Shown: positions 37,162-48,152 of the stretch, one piece after another
Numbering within the stretch: the first letter of the stretch is position 1
Layout: every line of letters begins with the position of its first letter
NCBI GenBank assembly: GCA_964534375.1
Contig: CAZHPN010000020.1
Span: 1 to 48,814 of the forward strand
Source of the DNA: an uncultured bacterium
Lineage (GTDB): Bacteria > Lernaellota > Lernaellaia > Lernaellales > Lernaellaceae
Reading direction: 5' to 3'
Length of the DNA stretch: 48,814 nucleotides
The notes under the pieces: generated by a model
The model's database searches: none
What the model was told of the DNA's origin: nothing
Seen by the model: only the letters and a program-made list of their open reading frames with translations
Translations under genes and position numbers: made by a program

Positions 37162-37795
37162 AGACCGCTGCTACGCGCTGGCCGATGTCGGCCGGCGCGC
37201 CCACGCCGTCGATGCGGCGAAGCAGTTTTTTACCGTCGTAATACGCGATCAGCGGCGAGGTCTGGCCGTGATAATTGGCCAGGCGCTTCCGGATCGTTTC
37301 TTCCTTGTCGTCGTCGCGGACGATCAACGCGTTGCCGCAACGGTCGCAGACGCCCGCTTGCTTCGGGGGCATCGTCTTGACGTGGAACATCGCGCTGCAA
37401 TTCGGGCAGGTCAAACGGCCCGTGAGGCGGCCGACGATGTTCGCGTCCGGCACGTCGATGCAGACGACGTGATCGAGCTTTTCGCCGCGTTCGGCCAGCA
37501 TAGCGTCGAGCGCCTGGGCCTGGGCGACCGTCCGCGGGAAACCGTCGAAGAGGTAGCCCTTGCCGCAATCGCTGCACGCGAGCCGTTCGCGGATGATCCC
37601 GATGATGACGTCGTCCGGCACGAGCTGGCCGGCGTCCATGAACGCCTTGGCCTTCCGGCCGAGATCGGCGCCGGCCTTGATCGAGGCGCGGAGAATGTCG
37701 CCGGTCGAGACCTGCGGAATGTCGAACCGCTGAATCAGATTCTGCGCTTGCGTGCCTTTGCCGCTGCCGGGCGGGCCGAGCATAATCAGACGCAT
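37154..37795 (-). CDS. adk: Adenylate kinase (Zn-lid)
   Basis: GPPGSGKGTQ, DGFPRT, lid CPNC...CDRC. Confidence 0.98.
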   Translation of the reverse strand: MRLIMLGPPGSGKGTQAQNLIQRFDIPQVSTGDILRASIKAGADLGRKAKAFMDAGQLVPDDVIIGIIRERLACSDCGKGYLFDGFPRTVAQAQALDAMLAERGEKLDHVVCIDVPDANIVGRLTGRLTCPNCSAMFHVKTMPPKQAGVCDRCGNALIVRDDDKEETIRKRLANYHGQTSPLIAYYDGKKLLRRIDGVGAPADIGQRVAAVFE

Positions 37796-37798
37796 TGG

Positions 37799-39103
37799 TT
37801 ACCTCCGTCCTTTGAATTTGCCTTTGGCGCCCAGGAACCCTTCGTAATGCCGGGTCAGCATGTGCGCTTCGACTTGCTGGATCGTGTCGAGCGCGACGCC
37901 GACGACGATCAACAACGAGGTGCCGCCGAAGTAGAACGGCACCTGGAACTGCGCGATCAGGATCGTCGGCAGCACGCAGATCATCGAAACGTAGATCGCG
38001 CCGCCCAAGGTGATCCGGGTGAGAATCCGGTCGATGTAGTCGGCCGTCGGCTTGCCCGGACGGCGGCCCGGGATATACGCGCCGGATTTCTTCAGGTTCT
38101 CCGCGACGTCGACCGGGTTGAACGTGACCGCGGTGTAGAAGTAGCAGAAGAACACGATCAGGCCGACGTACAGCACGTTGTACAGCACGGCGGTCGGCTG
38201 CAGCCACTCGTTGAACTTCACCAGAATCGGGTTGTCGAAGAACTGCGTGATCGTCGAGGGGAACATCAGCACGGAGCTGGCGAAAATCGGCGGAATAACG
38301 CCGGAGGTGTTGATGCGCAACGGCAGATACGTGCTCGCGCCGCCGTAAATCTTCCGGCCGACGACGCGCTTCGCGTGCTGGATCGGAATCTTCCGCTGGG
38401 CGCGCTCGACCAGGATGATGAACCAGATCACCACGACCATCGCGACCAGGACCGGCAGCATCTTGAAGATGCCGCGCGTTTCCTGCCACGCGGTGTAGCC
38501 GAGTTTGACGATCGCCGCCGGCATGCGGGCAATGATGCCGCTGAAGATGATCAGGCTGATCCCGTTGCCGATGCCGCGCTCGCCGATCTGTTCGCCGAGC
38601 CACATGATGAACGCGGTGCCCGACGTCAGCGTCGCCATCGTCATCAGGCGGAACTTCAGGCCGGGAACCATCACGGCGTTGCCGCCCAGCAGGCCGTTTT
38701 CCAGCGCGTAGGCGATCATGTAGCTCTGGAACGCCGAGAGGATCACCGTGCCGTACCGGGTGTATTGGGTGATCTTGCGGCGGCCGACCTCGCCCTCTTT
38801 GCTCAAGCGCTCGAGGTAGGGGATCACGACCGTCAACAGTTGCAAAATGATCGACGACGACACATACGGCATGATGCCCAGCGAAAAGATCGAGCCGTGC
38901 TCCATCGCGCCGCCGGAAAACATCGAGAACATGCCGAGGATCGTGCCTTGCTTCGAGGCGAACCAATCCGCGATCATCTTCCCGTTGACGCCCGGCGTCG
39001 GCACGACGCAGCCGACGCGATAAATCGCCAGCATAATGAAGCTGAACAGCACCCGCCGTTTCAGCTCGGGAATCTTGAAAATATTGCCAAAAGCGCCGAT
39101 CAC
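37799..39103 (-). CDS. secY: Preprotein translocase SecY
   Basis: LGIMPY, GIGNGISL, GVIPPIFA, FGGTSLLI. Confidence 0.98.
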   Translation of the reverse strand: MIGAFGNIFKIPELKRRVLFSFIMLAIYRVGCVVPTPGVNGKMIADWFASKQGTILGMFSMFSGGAMEHGSIFSLGIMPYVSSSIILQLLTVVIPYLERLSKEGEVGRRKITQYTRYGTVILSAFQSYMIAYALENGLLGGNAVMVPGLKFRLMTMATLTSGTAFIMWLGEQIGERGIGNGISLIIFSGIIARMPAAIVKLGYTAWQETRGIFKMLPVLVAMVVVIWFIILVERAQRKIPIQHAKRVVGRKIYGGASTYLPLRINTSGVIPPIFASSVLMFPSTITQFFDNPILVKFNEWLQPTAVLYNVLYVGLIVFFCYFYTAVTFNPVDVAENLKKSGAYIPGRRPGKPTADYIDRILTRITLGGAIYVSMICVLPTILIAQFQVPFYFGGTSLLIVVGVALDTIQQVEAHMLTRHYEGFLGAKGKFKGRR

Positions 39104-39576
39104 CGCTTTGCCCTCGCCGGCTTTTGAATTTGTTCGAACGCGCCGCCCGCGGCGACGATCTTCTCCACCGCCTGCTTCGAGGCCTTGTGGGCCTTCACCT
39201 TCAGCGGCTGGGTCAATTCGCCGTCGGCCAGGATTTTCAAGCCGTCTTTCGCGAGCTTCCGCACGAGTTTCTTGGCGATCACGGTCTCCGGATCGACCAC
39301 GTCGCCGGCCTGAAAGTGCGTCGCGATTTCGGTCAGATTGAGGATCGAGAATTCCTTGCGGAACAGATTGCGGAACCCGCGTTTCGGCAGGCGCCGCTGC
39401 AGCGGCATCTGGCCGCCCTCGAACCCGGGGCCTTTCGTGCCGCCCGCGCGCGCCCGCTGGCCTTTGTTGCCGTGGCCCGCCGTCCGGCCCAGGCCCGACG
39501 CTTCGCCGCGGCCGCGGCGCTTGGTGTTTTTCCGCTCCCGCTTGGCCGGCGGTTTGAGATTGCCGAGGTGAATCAT
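39100..39576 (-). CDS. rplO: 50S ribosomal protein L15
   Basis: GFEGGQMPLQRRLPKRGF. Confidence 0.97.
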   Translation of the reverse strand: MIHLGNLKPPAKRERKNTKRRGRGEASGLGRTAGHGNKGQRARAGGTKGPGFEGGQMPLQRRLPKRGFRNLFRKEFSILNLTEIATHFQAGDVVDPETVIAKKLVRKLAKDGLKILADGELTQPLKVKAHKASKQAVEKIVAAGGAFEQIQKPARAKR

Positions 39577-39761
39577 GAGGCGACCTCCTCCACCTTCACG
39601 AGGTGGATGACCTTCTTCACCATGCCGCGGACGCAGGGGTTGTCGGGCAATTCGACCGTGCGGTGCAATTTGCCCAGACCCAGCGTGCGCAGGATGACGC
39701 TGTACTTCTTCGGCCGGCCGATGCCGCTGCCGGTTTGCGTGATGCGCAGTTTGCCGTTCAT
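39573..39761 (-). CDS. rpmD: 50S ribosomal protein L30
   Basis: SGIGR, LGL, RGMVKKV; conserved position. Confidence 0.95.
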   Translation of the reverse strand: MNGKLRITQTGSGIGRPKKYSVILRTLGLGKLHRTVELPDNPCVRGMVKKVIHLVKVEEVAS

Positions 39762-39788
39762 CGCTGCTCTCCCGCTTCTCGCCTGGCG

Positions 39789-40316
39789 CTACTCGGCGAC
39801 GACGCCGTCGGTCGGCGTCAAAGCGCGTTGATATTCATGGGGCCAGCGCAGCCGCTTCAGGCCGTCCACCGCCGCCTTGACCACGTTGTGGGCGTTGCGC
39901 GAGCCCAGGCACTTGGTCAGGATGTTGGAGACGCCCGCGGCCTCGAGCACGGCCCGGACCGCGCCGCCGGCGATCACGCCGGTGCCTTCGCCGGCCGGCT
40001 TGAGCATGACCGACGCCGCGCCGAAGCGCCCGGTGATCATGTACGGAATCGTGCCGCCGTCGGCGATCGGGACGCGAAACATGTTCTTTTTCGCGCGTTC
40101 GACGCCTTTGCGGATCGCCTCGGGCACTTCCGCCGCCTTGCCCAGCGCGACGCCCACTTTGCCCTTGCCGTCGCCGACGACGACCAGCGCGGAGAAGTGG
40201 AAACGCCGGCCGCCCTTGACGACCTTCGCGACGCGCGCGATGTGCACGACTTTGTCGATGAACTCCGGTTCGTCTTCGCGAAACGGGCGATTGTGCTCGC
40301 GATGTTGCTCGGCCAT
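39789..40316 (-). CDS. rpsE: 30S ribosomal protein S5
   Basis: [18 protein letters not shown]. Confidence 0.98.
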   Translation of the reverse strand: MAEQHREHNRPFREDEPEFIDKVVHIARVAKVVKGGRRFHFSALVVVGDGKGKVGVALGKAAEVPEAIRKGVERAKKNMFRVPIADGGTIPYMITGRFGAASVMLKPAGEGTGVIAGGAVRAVLEAAGVSNILTKCLGSRNAHNVVKAAVDGLKRLRWPHEYQRALTPTDGVVAE

Positions 40317-40327
40317 TCGTTAACTCC

Positions 40328-40693
40328 CTAAAAATCCAGCCCGGCTTCGCGGGCCGCGTCGGCCACTGCTTTGATCCGACCGTGGTACAGGAAACCGTTG
40401 CGGTCGAAGACGACCTGTTTCTGATTCATCGCCAGCAGACGCGTCGCGATCAGCTTGCCGACGGCCTTGGCCTTGGCGATTTTCCCTTTGTCCGCGGGCT
40501 TCGGGAACTCTTTATCCAGCGTGCTCGCCGCCGCGATGGCGGACCCGTGCTCGTCGTCGATCACCTGGACGTAGATGTGTTTGGCGCTGCGGAAGACGCA
40601 CAGCCGCGGGCGCTCGGGCGTGCCGCGCACCTTGCGCCGCACGCGCCGCTGACGCCGTTCCCTCGCCGACAGGTTCTCTTTCTTGTACGACAC
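40328..40693 (-). CDS. rplR: 50S ribosomal protein L18
   Basis: [20 protein letters not shown]. Confidence 0.98.
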   Translation of the reverse strand: MSYKKENLSARERRQRRVRRKVRGTPERPRLCVFRSAKHIYVQVIDDEHGSAIAAASTLDKEFPKPADKGKIAKAKAVGKLIATRLLAMNQKQVVFDRNGFLYHGRIKAVADAAREAGLDF

Positions 40694-40708
40694 GTCGCGA
40701 CCCTTTCC

Positions 40709-41245
40709 TTAAGCGGAAGTCTTGCCTTCCTTCCGGCGAACCTTCTCCTCGGTGTACTTGATGCCCTTGCCCTTATAGGGTTCCGGCGGACGCAGGCGGC
40801 GCACATTCGCCGCGAACTGCCCGACCAAGCGCTTGTCGATGCCGGTGACGACCAAATGGGTGTTCTTGTCCACCCGCACCTCGATGCCCGGCGGCACCGC
40901 GATCTCGGCCGGCTGCGTGAAGCCGACGGTGACGAAAAGCGTCGGACCCTTCACCTCAGCGCGGAAGCCGACGCCGATGATGTCCAGTTCGCGGACGTAG
41001 CCCTTGGTCACGCCGACGACCATGTTGTTGATCAGCGTGCGCGCCAGACCTTGCTGCGCCGAGGCGCCGGCCTGCGCGTCGTCGCGCGACACCAGCAGGC
41101 GGCCCGGCTCCTGGGCGACGGCCACCTGGGCGTTGTGCTCGTAGGCGAGCTTGCCCTTAGGGCCTTCGACCTGGACCCGGCGGCCCTGGATCTGCACCTT
41201 CACCCCCGCGGGGATCGGAATCGGCAATTTGCCTATGCGGCTCAT
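40709..41245 (-). CDS. rplF: 50S ribosomal protein L6
   Basis: MSRIGK, PEPYKGKGI. Confidence 0.98.
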   Translation of the reverse strand: MSRIGKLPIPIPAGVKVQIQGRRVQVEGPKGKLAYEHNAQVAVAQEPGRLLVSRDDAQAGASAQQGLARTLINNMVVGVTKGYVRELDIIGVGFRAEVKGPTLFVTVGFTQPAEIAVPPGIEVRVDKNTHLVVTGIDKRLVGQFAANVRRLRPPEPYKGKGIKYTEEKVRRKEGKTSA

Positions 41246-41270
41246 CGTTCTCGCTCCTGCGAAGTAATCG

Positions 41271-41669
41271 CTACCAAATTTCGGCCAGCAACTCGCCGCC
41301 GAGGCGTTGTTCCACGGCGCGTTTGCCGGTCATCAATCCCTTGCTGGTGGTCAGGATGGCGACGCCCATCCCGCCCAGCACTTTCGGGATTTCGTCCCAG
41401 CCCACGTACCGGCGCAAACCCGGCCGGCTCAGCCGGCGGATGCCGGTGATCGTCGGTTCGCCGCCATCGCGGTAGCGCAGGTAAATCTTCAAGACGCCCT
41501 GCTTCTCGTCTTCGACGACGCGGTAAGCTTTGATGAACCCTTCTTCGCGCAGGATCTTGGCGACCTCGGCCTTGATCTTCGACGAGGGCATCTCGACTTT
41601 GTCGTGTTTGGCGTGACTGCCGTTGCGAATCCGCGTCAGCATATCGGCCAGGGGATCAGTCATGACCAT
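41271..41669 (-). CDS. rpsH: 30S ribosomal protein S8
   Basis: [20 protein letters not shown]. Confidence 0.98.
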   Translation of the reverse strand: MVMTDPLADMLTRIRNGSHAKHDKVEMPSSKIKAEVAKILREEGFIKAYRVVEDEKQGVLKIYLRYRDGGEPTITGIRRLSRPGLRRYVGWDEIPKVLGGMGVAILTTSKGLMTGKRAVEQRLGGELLAEIW

Positions 41670-41684
41670 GCTCGAACTCCTTGC

Positions 41685-41870
41685 TCACCAGCTCGACTTA
41701 ACGACGCCGGGCAATTCGCCCGACAGCGCCAGTTTCCGCACGCACAGGCGGCACATGTCGAATTTGCGGTGGTAGCCGCGCGACCGGCCGCACAGGGGGC
41801 ACCGGTTGTAGCGGCGCACCTTGAATTTCGGCGTTTGCCGCGCCCGGATGCGAATCGATTTCTTTGCCAC
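41685..41870 (-). CDS. rpsN: 30S ribosomal protein S14, type Z
   Basis: 61 aa; RCPLCGR...CRLC; GVVKSSW. Confidence 0.97.
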   Translation of the reverse strand: MAKKSIRIRARQTPKFKVRRYNRCPLCGRSRGYHRKFDMCRLCVRKLALSGELPGVVKSSW

Positions 41871-41882
41871 GGCTTGCTCCTG

Positions 41883-42428
41883 TCAGCGAGTCCGGAAAGG
41901 CACGCCCATTTGCTTGAGCAGCGCGTACCCTTCCTCGTCGGTTTTCGCCGTCGTAACGATCGTCACGTTCAACCCCCGGATCTTGTCGATCTTGTCGTAG
42001 TTGATCTCGGGGAAAATGATCTGCTCGCGCACGCCCATGGTGTAGTTCCCGCGGCCGTCGAAGGCCTTGTCGGAGACGCCGCGAAAGTCGCGCACGCGCG
42101 GCAGGGCGATGCTCACGAGGCGATCGAAGAACTCGTACATGCGCGTCCCGCGCAGCGTGACGCGCGCGCCGATGTTCATGCCTTCGCGCAGCTTGAACGC
42201 GGCGATGCTCTTGCGGGCCTTGGTGATCACGGCCTTCTGGCCGGTGACCGCGGTCAACTCGTCGACCGCAAAGTCGAGCACCTTGACGTTCTGGATCGCT
42301 TCGCCCAGGCCCATGTTCAGGATGATCTTGTCGAGATGGGGCACCTGGTTCGGGTTCTTGTACCCGAACTGCTTAATCAGTTCCGGGACCACCGTCTCGT
42401 CATAGAATTGCTTCATTCTCGGCGCCAT
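41883..42428 (-). CDS. rplE: 50S ribosomal protein L5
   Basis: GGAGG RBS before [22 protein letters not shown]. Confidence 0.97.
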   Translation of the reverse strand: MAPRMKQFYDETVVPELIKQFGYKNPNQVPHLDKIILNMGLGEAIQNVKVLDFAVDELTAVTGQKAVITKARKSIAAFKLREGMNIGARVTLRGTRMYEFFDRLVSIALPRVRDFRGVSDKAFDGRGNYTMGVREQIIFPEINYDKIDKIRGLNVTIVTTAKTDEEGYALLKQMGVPFRTR

Positions 42429-42445
42429 CGTACGTCCTCCGCCCT

Positions 42446-42820
42446 TTATTCGATCACATCGTTGCAGCGTTTGCAGACGCGGACTTTGGCGCCGTCGGCG
42501 GTCCGCTCCAACTTGATGCGCGTCGGCTGGTTGCAGCGCCCGCACACGAGCATCACGTTCGAGACGTGAATCGGCGCTTCCTTCTCGACAATGCCGCCCT
42601 GCTGATTGGTCTTGCTGGGGCGCGTGTGCCGTTTGATCATGTTCATGCGCTCGACGACCACGCGGCTCGATTCGAGCAGCACCTTGAGCACCTTGCCGCG
42701 CTTGGCGGCGTTGTCGAGGCGGCCGCGCTCTTTGCCGGCGATCACCGCCACGATGTCGCCCTTCTTAATGTTCATGCGCACGGCGACCTTCGGTTTGCCC
42801 TGGGGTTTCTTTTTGGCCAT
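42446..42820 (-). CDS. rplX: 50S ribosomal protein L24
   Basis: [21 protein letters not shown]. Confidence 0.97.
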   Translation of the reverse strand: MAKKKPQGKPKVAVRMNIKKGDIVAVIAGKERGRLDNAAKRGKVLKVLLESSRVVVERMNMIKRHTRPSKTNQQGGIVEKEAPIHVSNVMLVCGRCNQPTRIKLERTADGAKVRVCKRCNDVIE

Positions 42821-42829
42821 CGTCGTCTC

Positions 42830-43198
42830 CTACAATACTTCCGGCGCGAGGCTGATGATGCGGTTGAAGCCCTTGGTCCGCAGTTCGCGGGCGACCGGCC
42901 CGAAAATACGGTTGCCGATCGGCTCCTTCTGCTTGTTGATCAGCACGGCGCTGTTTTCGTCGAACCGCAGGTAGGTGCCGTCGGGGCGCGGAATGCGATC
43001 TTTGGTCCGCACGATGACCGCTTGCGCGACTTCGCCCTTTTTCACCTTGGCGGCCGGCGCCGCTTCTTTCACGGACACGACCACAATGTCGCCGACCTTG
43101 GCGTACCGGCGTTTCGAGCCGCCGAGCACTTTGATCGTCATCAACTTGCGCGCGCCCGAGTTGTCGGCGACGTTGAGGATGGTTTGCATCTGGATCAT
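42830..43198 (-). CDS. rplN: 50S ribosomal protein L14
   Basis: [23 protein letters not shown]. Confidence 0.98.
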   Translation of the reverse strand: MIQMQTILNVADNSGARKLMTIKVLGGSKRRYAKVGDIVVVSVKEAAPAAKVKKGEVAQAVIVRTKDRIPRPDGTYLRFDENSAVLINKQKEPIGNRIFGPVARELRTKGFNRIISLAPEVL

Positions 43199-43211
43199 GG
43201 CGTCCTCCGGC

Positions 43212-43478
43212 TCACTCGGCCCGTTTCACGATCTTCACCAGCCGCCAGCGCTTGCGCGCCGACAACGGGCGGCTTTCGACGATCTGCACGGTGTCGCCCA
43301 CATGGGCCTCGTCCTTCTCGTCGTGGGCCATGTATTTCTTGCTGCTGCGAATGTACTTTTTGTAGGTCGCGTGTTGGTAGAAACGCTCGACCGCCACGGT
43401 GACGGTTTTCGTCGCCTTATCCGACACCACCACGCCCTGCAACATCCGCCGCGAGCCGCGTTCTTTCTCGTCAGTCAT
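43212..43478 (-). CDS. rpsQ: 30S ribosomal protein S17
   Basis: GVVVSDK, ESRPLS. Confidence 0.97.
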   Translation of the reverse strand: MTDEKERGSRRMLQGVVVSDKATKTVTVAVERFYQHATYKKYIRSSKKYMAHDEKDEAHVGDTVQIVESRPLSARKRWRLVKIVKRAE

Positions 43479-43677
43479 TTTTCTTCCCCAGCAGCGCTTG
43501 TTCGCGGATCACGGTCTTGACACGGGCGATGTCCCGCTTGACTTCGTGCAGGCGCGAGGTGTTTTCCAGTTGCCCGGTGAACATCTGAAAGCGCAGGTTG
43601 AACAATTCCTGGATCAGATCGTGCTCCTTGACCGCCAATTCGTCGGCGTGCAATTCGCGCAGTTCGCTACTCTTCAT
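43471..43677 (-). CDS. rpmC: 50S ribosomal protein L29
   Basis: [17 protein letters not shown]. Confidence 0.97.
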   Translation of the reverse strand: MKSSELRELHADELAVKEHDLIQELFNLRFQMFTGQLENTSRLHEVKRDIARVKTVIREQALLGKKND

Positions 43678-44089
43678 GGTGCCCCTCCCGCATCACGAAC
43701 CGGGTCTTGATCGACAGCTTGTGCGAGGCCAGACGGAAGGCTTCCTTGGCGATTTCCTCGGTGACGCCCTCCATTTCGTACAGCATCCGGCCCGGCACGA
43801 TGACCGCGACGTAATACTCCGGCGCGCCTTTGCCCTTGCCCTGGCGCGTTTCGGCCGGCTTCTTGGTCATCGGTTTGTCCGGGAACACCCGGATCCAAAT
43901 GCGGCCGCCGCGTTTGATGTGGCGGGTCATGGCAATACGGGCCGCCTCGATCTGCCGCGACGTCAGCCGGCCGCGGCCGATCGCCTGCAGGCCGTACTCG
44001 CCGAAATTCAACGTGTTGCCCCGATACGATTCGCCCTTGAGCTGGCGCTTCATCTGCTTGCGAAACTTGCTCCGCGCGGGCATTAGCAT
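43667..44089 (-). CDS. rplP: 50S ribosomal protein L16
   Basis: [21 protein letters not shown]. Confidence 0.98.
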   Translation of the reverse strand: MLMPARSKFRKQMKRQLKGESYRGNTLNFGEYGLQAIGRGRLTSRQIEAARIAMTRHIKRGGRIWIRVFPDKPMTKKPAETRQGKGKGAPEYYVAVIVPGRMLYEMEGVTEEIAKEAFRLASHKLSIKTRFVMREGHHEE

Positions 44090-44106
44090 GACGAACTCTC
44101 CTCAAT

Positions 44107-44739
44107 TCACGACGTGACGACGTCGCCGTGATAGATCCAAACCTTGACCCCGATGATGCCGTACGTCGTCTTCGCCTCCGCGAACCCGTAGTCGATGTCC
44201 GCGCGCAACGTGTGCAACGGCACCCGGCCCTCGCGGTACCACTCGTAGCGGCTCATTTCCGCGCCGCCCAGGCGGCCCGAGGTCGCGATGCGGATGCCTT
44301 TGACGCCCATCTTCATCGCGTTGCCGACCGATTTTTTCATCGCGCGGCGGAAGGCGATGCGGCGCACCAATTGGTTGGCGACGTTCTCGGCGACGAGCTG
44401 CGCGTCGATGTCCGCCCGCCGGATCTCCTGGATCTTGATGTAGATCTCGCGGTTGAACATCGTTTGCAGTTCTTTGCGCAGCACTTCCACCTCGGCGCCC
44501 TTTTTGCCGATGATGATGCCCGGGCGCGCGGTGTGGATCGTCAGGTCCAACTTGCTCGCGCGGCGCTCGATTTCGATCTTGCTGATCGCCGCGTGGCCGA
44601 TCTTCTCTTTGATGAATTTGCGCAGGCGCAGGTCCTCGTGCAGGAAATCCTTGTACGCCCGACCCTCGGCGAACCACCGGCTGTTCCAGTCTTTCGTGAT
44701 CCCGAGGCGGAAACCGATTGGATGTGTTTTCTGTCCCAC
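44107..44739 (-). CDS. rpsC: 30S ribosomal protein S3
   Basis: [26 protein letters not shown]. Confidence 0.98.
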   Translation of the reverse strand: MGQKTHPIGFRLGITKDWNSRWFAEGRAYKDFLHEDLRLRKFIKEKIGHAAISKIEIERRASKLDLTIHTARPGIIIGKKGAEVEVLRKELQTMFNREIYIKIQEIRRADIDAQLVAENVANQLVRRIAFRRAMKKSVGNAMKMGVKGIRIATSGRLGGAEMSRYEWYREGRVPLHTLRADIDYGFAEAKTTYGIIGVKVWIYHGDVVTS

Positions 44740-44750
44740 GTGGCGCCCCT

Positions 44751-45101
44751 TTACCGCTGATCCAGGATGACGGTGATATGGCTCATCCGTTTGAAATACC
44801 GATCGACGCGACCGCGCGCGCGGAAGCGAATCCGCTTCATGGTCGGGCCGCCGTCGACGATGACGTTCTTCACGTACAACGCGTCCACGTCGATCCCGCC
44901 GCGCTGGTTCGCGTTGGCCAGCGCCGACGACATCACTTTGTAAATGACCGGCGCGCTGCCCTTCTTCCCGGAGAACTTCAGAATCTGCAACGCTTCGGCC
45001 ACCGGCTTGCCCTTGACCTGCTTCGCCACGACGCGGCCTTTGAACGCGGACAGATGCAGGAAGCGTCCCTTGGCGCGAATTTCCGTGCTTTCGTCGTCCA
45101 T
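44751..45101 (-). CDS. rplV: 50S ribosomal protein L22
   Basis: SALANA, GPTMKR, RARGR, SHITV. Confidence 0.97.
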   Translation of the reverse strand: MDDESTEIRAKGRFLHLSAFKGRVVAKQVKGKPVAEALQILKFSGKKGSAPVIYKVMSSALANANQRGGIDVDALYVKNVIVDGGPTMKRIRFRARGRVDRYFKRMSHITVILDQR

Positions 45102-45116
45102 TTCCCTTGCTCCGTT

Positions 45117-45389
45117 CTACTTGGCTTTGCGATCGCCGGAGTGCCCGTGAAACGTGCGCGTCGGCGAGAACTCGCCCAGCTTGTGGCCGACCATGTTCTC
45201 CGTGACGTAGACCGGAATGAACTTCTTGCCGTTGTGCACGGCGAAGGTCATGCCGACCATGTCCGGGATGATGGTCGAGCGTCGCGACCAGGTCTTGATC
45301 ACTTGCTTCGAGCCGGCGTCCCGCGACCGCTCCACTTTCGCCAGCAGATGACCGTCAATAAACGGTCCCTTCTTTACGCTGCGGGCCAT
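45117..45389 (-). CDS. rpsS: 30S ribosomal protein S19
   Basis: KKGPF, KTWSRRS, GHKLGEF. Confidence 0.98.
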   Translation of the reverse strand: MARSVKKGPFIDGHLLAKVERSRDAGSKQVIKTWSRRSTIIPDMVGMTFAVHNGKKFIPVYVTENMVGHKLGEFSPTRTFHGHSGDRKAK

Positions 45390-45401
45390 GCACGAGCCTC
45401 C

Positions 45402-46229
45402 TTACTTCTTTCCACGCCGTTTGACGATGTACTTGCTCGTCGATTTTTTCTTGTTGCGGGTCTTGTAACCCTTCGTCGGTATGCCCCACGGCGTCACCGG
45501 GTGGTTGCCCTTCGAACGCCCTTCGCCGCCGCCGTGCGGATGGTCGATCGGGTTCATCGCCGTGCCGCGGACGTTGGGCTTGATGCCCAGCCAGCGGCTG
45601 CGCCCGGCCTTGCCGATGTGCAGGTTGGCGTTGTCGATGTTGCCGAGCTGGCCGATGGTCGCGTAGCAGCGGTGGAAAATTTTGCGCATTTCGCCGCTGG
45701 GCATTTTCAGCAGCACGTAGTCGCCCTCTTTCGAGAGGATCTGCGCGTAATTGCCGGCCGTGCGGACCAATTGCGCGCCGCGGCCGATTTTCAACTCGAC
45801 GTTGTGCACCCAGGCGCCGTCGGGAATGTTGGCCAACGGCATCGCGTTGCCCGCTTTGATGTCGGCGTGCTCGCCGGCGATGATTTTGTCGCCGACTTTC
45901 AGGCCCAGCGGGTGCAGGATGTAGCGCTTTTCGCCGTCCGGATACTGTAGCAGGCAGATGCGGGCCGAGCGGTTCGGGTCGTACTCGATGGTGATGACCT
46001 TCGCCGCGATGTCGCGCTTGTCGCGCTTCCAGTCGATGAGGCGATAGCGCCGCTTGTGGCCGCCGCCGCGATGAAAGCTGGTGATCCGCCCGGTGTTGCC
46101 GCGGCCGCCGGATTTCTTGAGCGGCTTGAGCAGACTGCGTTCCGGCTTGTCCGTCGTGATTTCCTCGAACGTGGACACCGTCATGTAGCGGCGGCCCGCG
46201 CTGGTCGGTTTGAAGCCTTTGATGCCCAT
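45402..46229 (-). CDS. rplB: 50S ribosomal protein L2
   Basis: [21 protein letters not shown]. Confidence 0.98.
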   Translation of the reverse strand: MGIKGFKPTSAGRRYMTVSTFEEITTDKPERSLLKPLKKSGGRGNTGRITSFHRGGGHKRRYRLIDWKRDKRDIAAKVITIEYDPNRSARICLLQYPDGEKRYILHPLGLKVGDKIIAGEHADIKAGNAMPLANIPDGAWVHNVELKIGRGAQLVRTAGNYAQILSKEGDYVLLKMPSGEMRKIFHRCYATIGQLGNIDNANLHIGKAGRSRWLGIKPNVRGTAMNPIDHPHGGGEGRSKGNHPVTPWGIPTKGYKTRNKKKSTSKYIVKRRGKK

Positions 46230-46239
46230 CGGTCTCTCC

Positions 46240-46530
46240 TTACATGCCTTCGAAGAAGTCGATCGAATCGCCTTCGCGCAACGTCACGACCGCCTTCTTC
46301 CACCGCGGGGTGTAGCCGGTGTGGCGGCCGGCGCGCTTGCGTTTGCCGGGCGACACCTGCGTGCGAACCTTCTCGACGTGGACGCTGAACAACTCTTCGA
46401 TGGCCTTGGCGATCTCGATCTTGTTCGCATACGGCGCCACCTCGAAGACGAGCTGGTTGTCGCTGTCTTTCTGCAGGTTCGCCTTTTCCGTGATCACCGG
46501 TCGCTTGACGATTTTGTATGCTTCTTTCAT
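46240..46530 (-). CDS. rplW: 50S ribosomal protein L23
   Basis: [20 protein letters not shown]. Confidence 0.97.
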   Translation of the reverse strand: MKEAYKIVKRPVITEKANLQKDSDNQLVFEVAPYANKIEIAKAIEELFSVHVEKVRTQVSPGKRKRAGRHTGYTPRWKKAVVTLREGDSIDFFEGM

Positions 46531-47150
46531 TGGCCCAGCGCTCCTTCGATCTTCGCCAGCGCGGCCTTGGTCACGACCAGGTGCTCGAAGTGCAGCAGGT
46601 CGTAGACGTTGAGGCCTTCCACGCGCAGGACCTTGGCCAGCGGAATGTTGCGCGCGCTCTTCTCCACGACCTCGTCCTTCGCCTCGATGACGAACAGCCC
46701 GCTGCGGACGCCCAACTGGTCCATCAATTCGGCGAACCGTTTGGTCTTGATTTCCGGCAGCGACAGCGCGTCGAGGATCAGCAGCTTGCCCTCGGCCAGC
46801 TTCATCGAGATCGCGCCGGCCACCGCCGCCCGCCGGACTTTCTTCGGCACGCGGTACGAGTAATCGCGCGGGCGCGGCCCGAAGATCGTGCCGCCGCCGA
46901 CGCGGGTCGGGCTGCGCTTGCCGCCGGTGCGCGCGCGGCCGGTACCCTTCTGGCGGTACAGTTTGATGCCGCTGTACGCAACTTCGCCGCGGGTCTTGGT
47001 GCAGGCCGTGCCCGACCGCCGGTCGGCCATCTGCTGGCGAACGACCTCCCAGAAGAGGTGTTCTTTCACTTCGCCGGCGAACAGGCCCTCGGGCAGATCG
47101 ACTTGATCGACCTTCTGATTCTGCATATTGAGGACGTCGAATTTTGCCAT
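46527..47150 (-). CDS. rplD: 50S ribosomal protein L4
   Basis: Start [22 protein letters not shown]. Confidence 0.97.
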   Translation of the reverse strand: MAKFDVLNMQNQKVDQVDLPEGLFAGEVKEHLFWEVVRQQMADRRSGTACTKTRGEVAYSGIKLYRQKGTGRARTGGKRSPTRVGGGTIFGPRPRDYSYRVPKKVRRAAVAGAISMKLAEGKLLILDALSLPEIKTKRFAELMDQLGVRSGLFVIEAKDEVVEKSARNIPLAKVLRVEGLNVYDLLHFEHLVVTKAALAKIEGALGQ

Positions 47151-47164
47151 AGGTTCCGCCCCTT

Positions 47165-47806
47165 CTACGCCTTGACGCTCGGTTGAACCGTGACCAAACC
47201 GCGGGTTGCGCCAGGGACGGAGCCCACGATGAAGATCAGATTCTTTTCCGCATCGATCAGGTGCACGCGCAGCTTTTGCGTCGTGACGCGATCGTCGCCC
47301 AGATGGCCGGGCATGCGTTTGCCCTTCATGACGCGGCCGGGATATTCGTTGTGGCCGATCGAGCCCGGTTCGCGCGTATTTTTCGAACCGTGGGTCACGT
47401 CGCCGCGCTGGAAATGATGCCGCTTGATCGTGCCGGCGAAGCCTTTGCCTTTGCTCCGGCCGATCACGTCGACGATGTCGCCGACGGCGAACTGCTCGAC
47501 GGTGATCTTCTGCCCGACCGTAAAGGCGGCGGCGTCGGTCACGCGAAACTCGCGCAGCACGGCGAAGCCGACCTTGGTTTTTTCGCCGAGGATCTTCTTG
47601 AACAAACCCGCTTCGGGTTTGTTGAACTTGCGGAGATCCTTTTCGCCGAAGCCTACGCAAATGGCGTTGTAGCCGTCGTCGCCCTTGGTTTTGACGCGCA
47701 GCACGACGCAGGGGCCGGCTTCGATCACGGTCAAGGGCACGCGCACGCCGGCCTCGGTGTAGGCTTGGGTCATGCCTCGTTTGATCCCCAGGATTCCGGT
47801 AGCCAT
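47165..47806 (-). CDS. rplC: 50S ribosomal protein L3
   Basis: GMTQ, SKGKGFAG, MPGHLG, GSVPG. Confidence 0.98.
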   Translation of the reverse strand: MATGILGIKRGMTQAYTEAGVRVPLTVIEAGPCVVLRVKTKGDDGYNAICVGFGEKDLRKFNKPEAGLFKKILGEKTKVGFAVLREFRVTDAAAFTVGQKITVEQFAVGDIVDVIGRSKGKGFAGTIKRHHFQRGDVTHGSKNTREPGSIGHNEYPGRVMKGKRMPGHLGDDRVTTQKLRVHLIDAEKNLIFIVGSVPGATRGLVTVQPSVKA

Positions 47807-47819
47807 CGGTTCTCTCCCG

Positions 47820-48131
47820 TCAGATCAACTTGATGTCGACGTCCACTCCGGCGGACAGCTCGACCTTGTTCATCGCATCCATCGTCTGCTGATTGGTGTC
47901 GAAGATCTCGATCAGCCGTTTGTGGGTGCGGATTTCGAATTGTTCGCGGCTCTTCTTGTCGACGTGCGGAGAGCGCAGGACGCAGAACTTCTCGATGCGC
48001 GTCGGCAAGGGAATCGGCCCGCTGACCTTGGCGCCGGTGTTCTTCGCCGCCACCGCGATCTCTTTCGCCGATTTGTCGAGCAGCTTGTGATCGTAAGCCT
48101 TCAAGCGAATGCGAATTCTTTGCCCTTCCAC
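47820..48131 (-). CDS. rpsJ: 30S ribosomal protein S10
   Basis: [29 protein letters not shown]. Confidence 0.98.
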   Translation of the reverse strand: MEGQRIRIRLKAYDHKLLDKSAKEIAVAAKNTGAKVSGPIPLPTRIEKFCVLRSPHVDKKSREQFEIRTHKRLIEIFDTNQQTMDAMNKVELSAGVDVDIKLI

Positions 48132-48152
48132 GACTGGCTCCCTTTCGCGCGA

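Noticed and set aside
35945..39127. Long plus-strand ORFs (1060 aa here; also 12185..15298, 6343..8757, 3495..5513, 22961..24946)
   Set aside because: They are antisense shadows of well-supported minus-strand genes, which is expected from high-GC codon bias.
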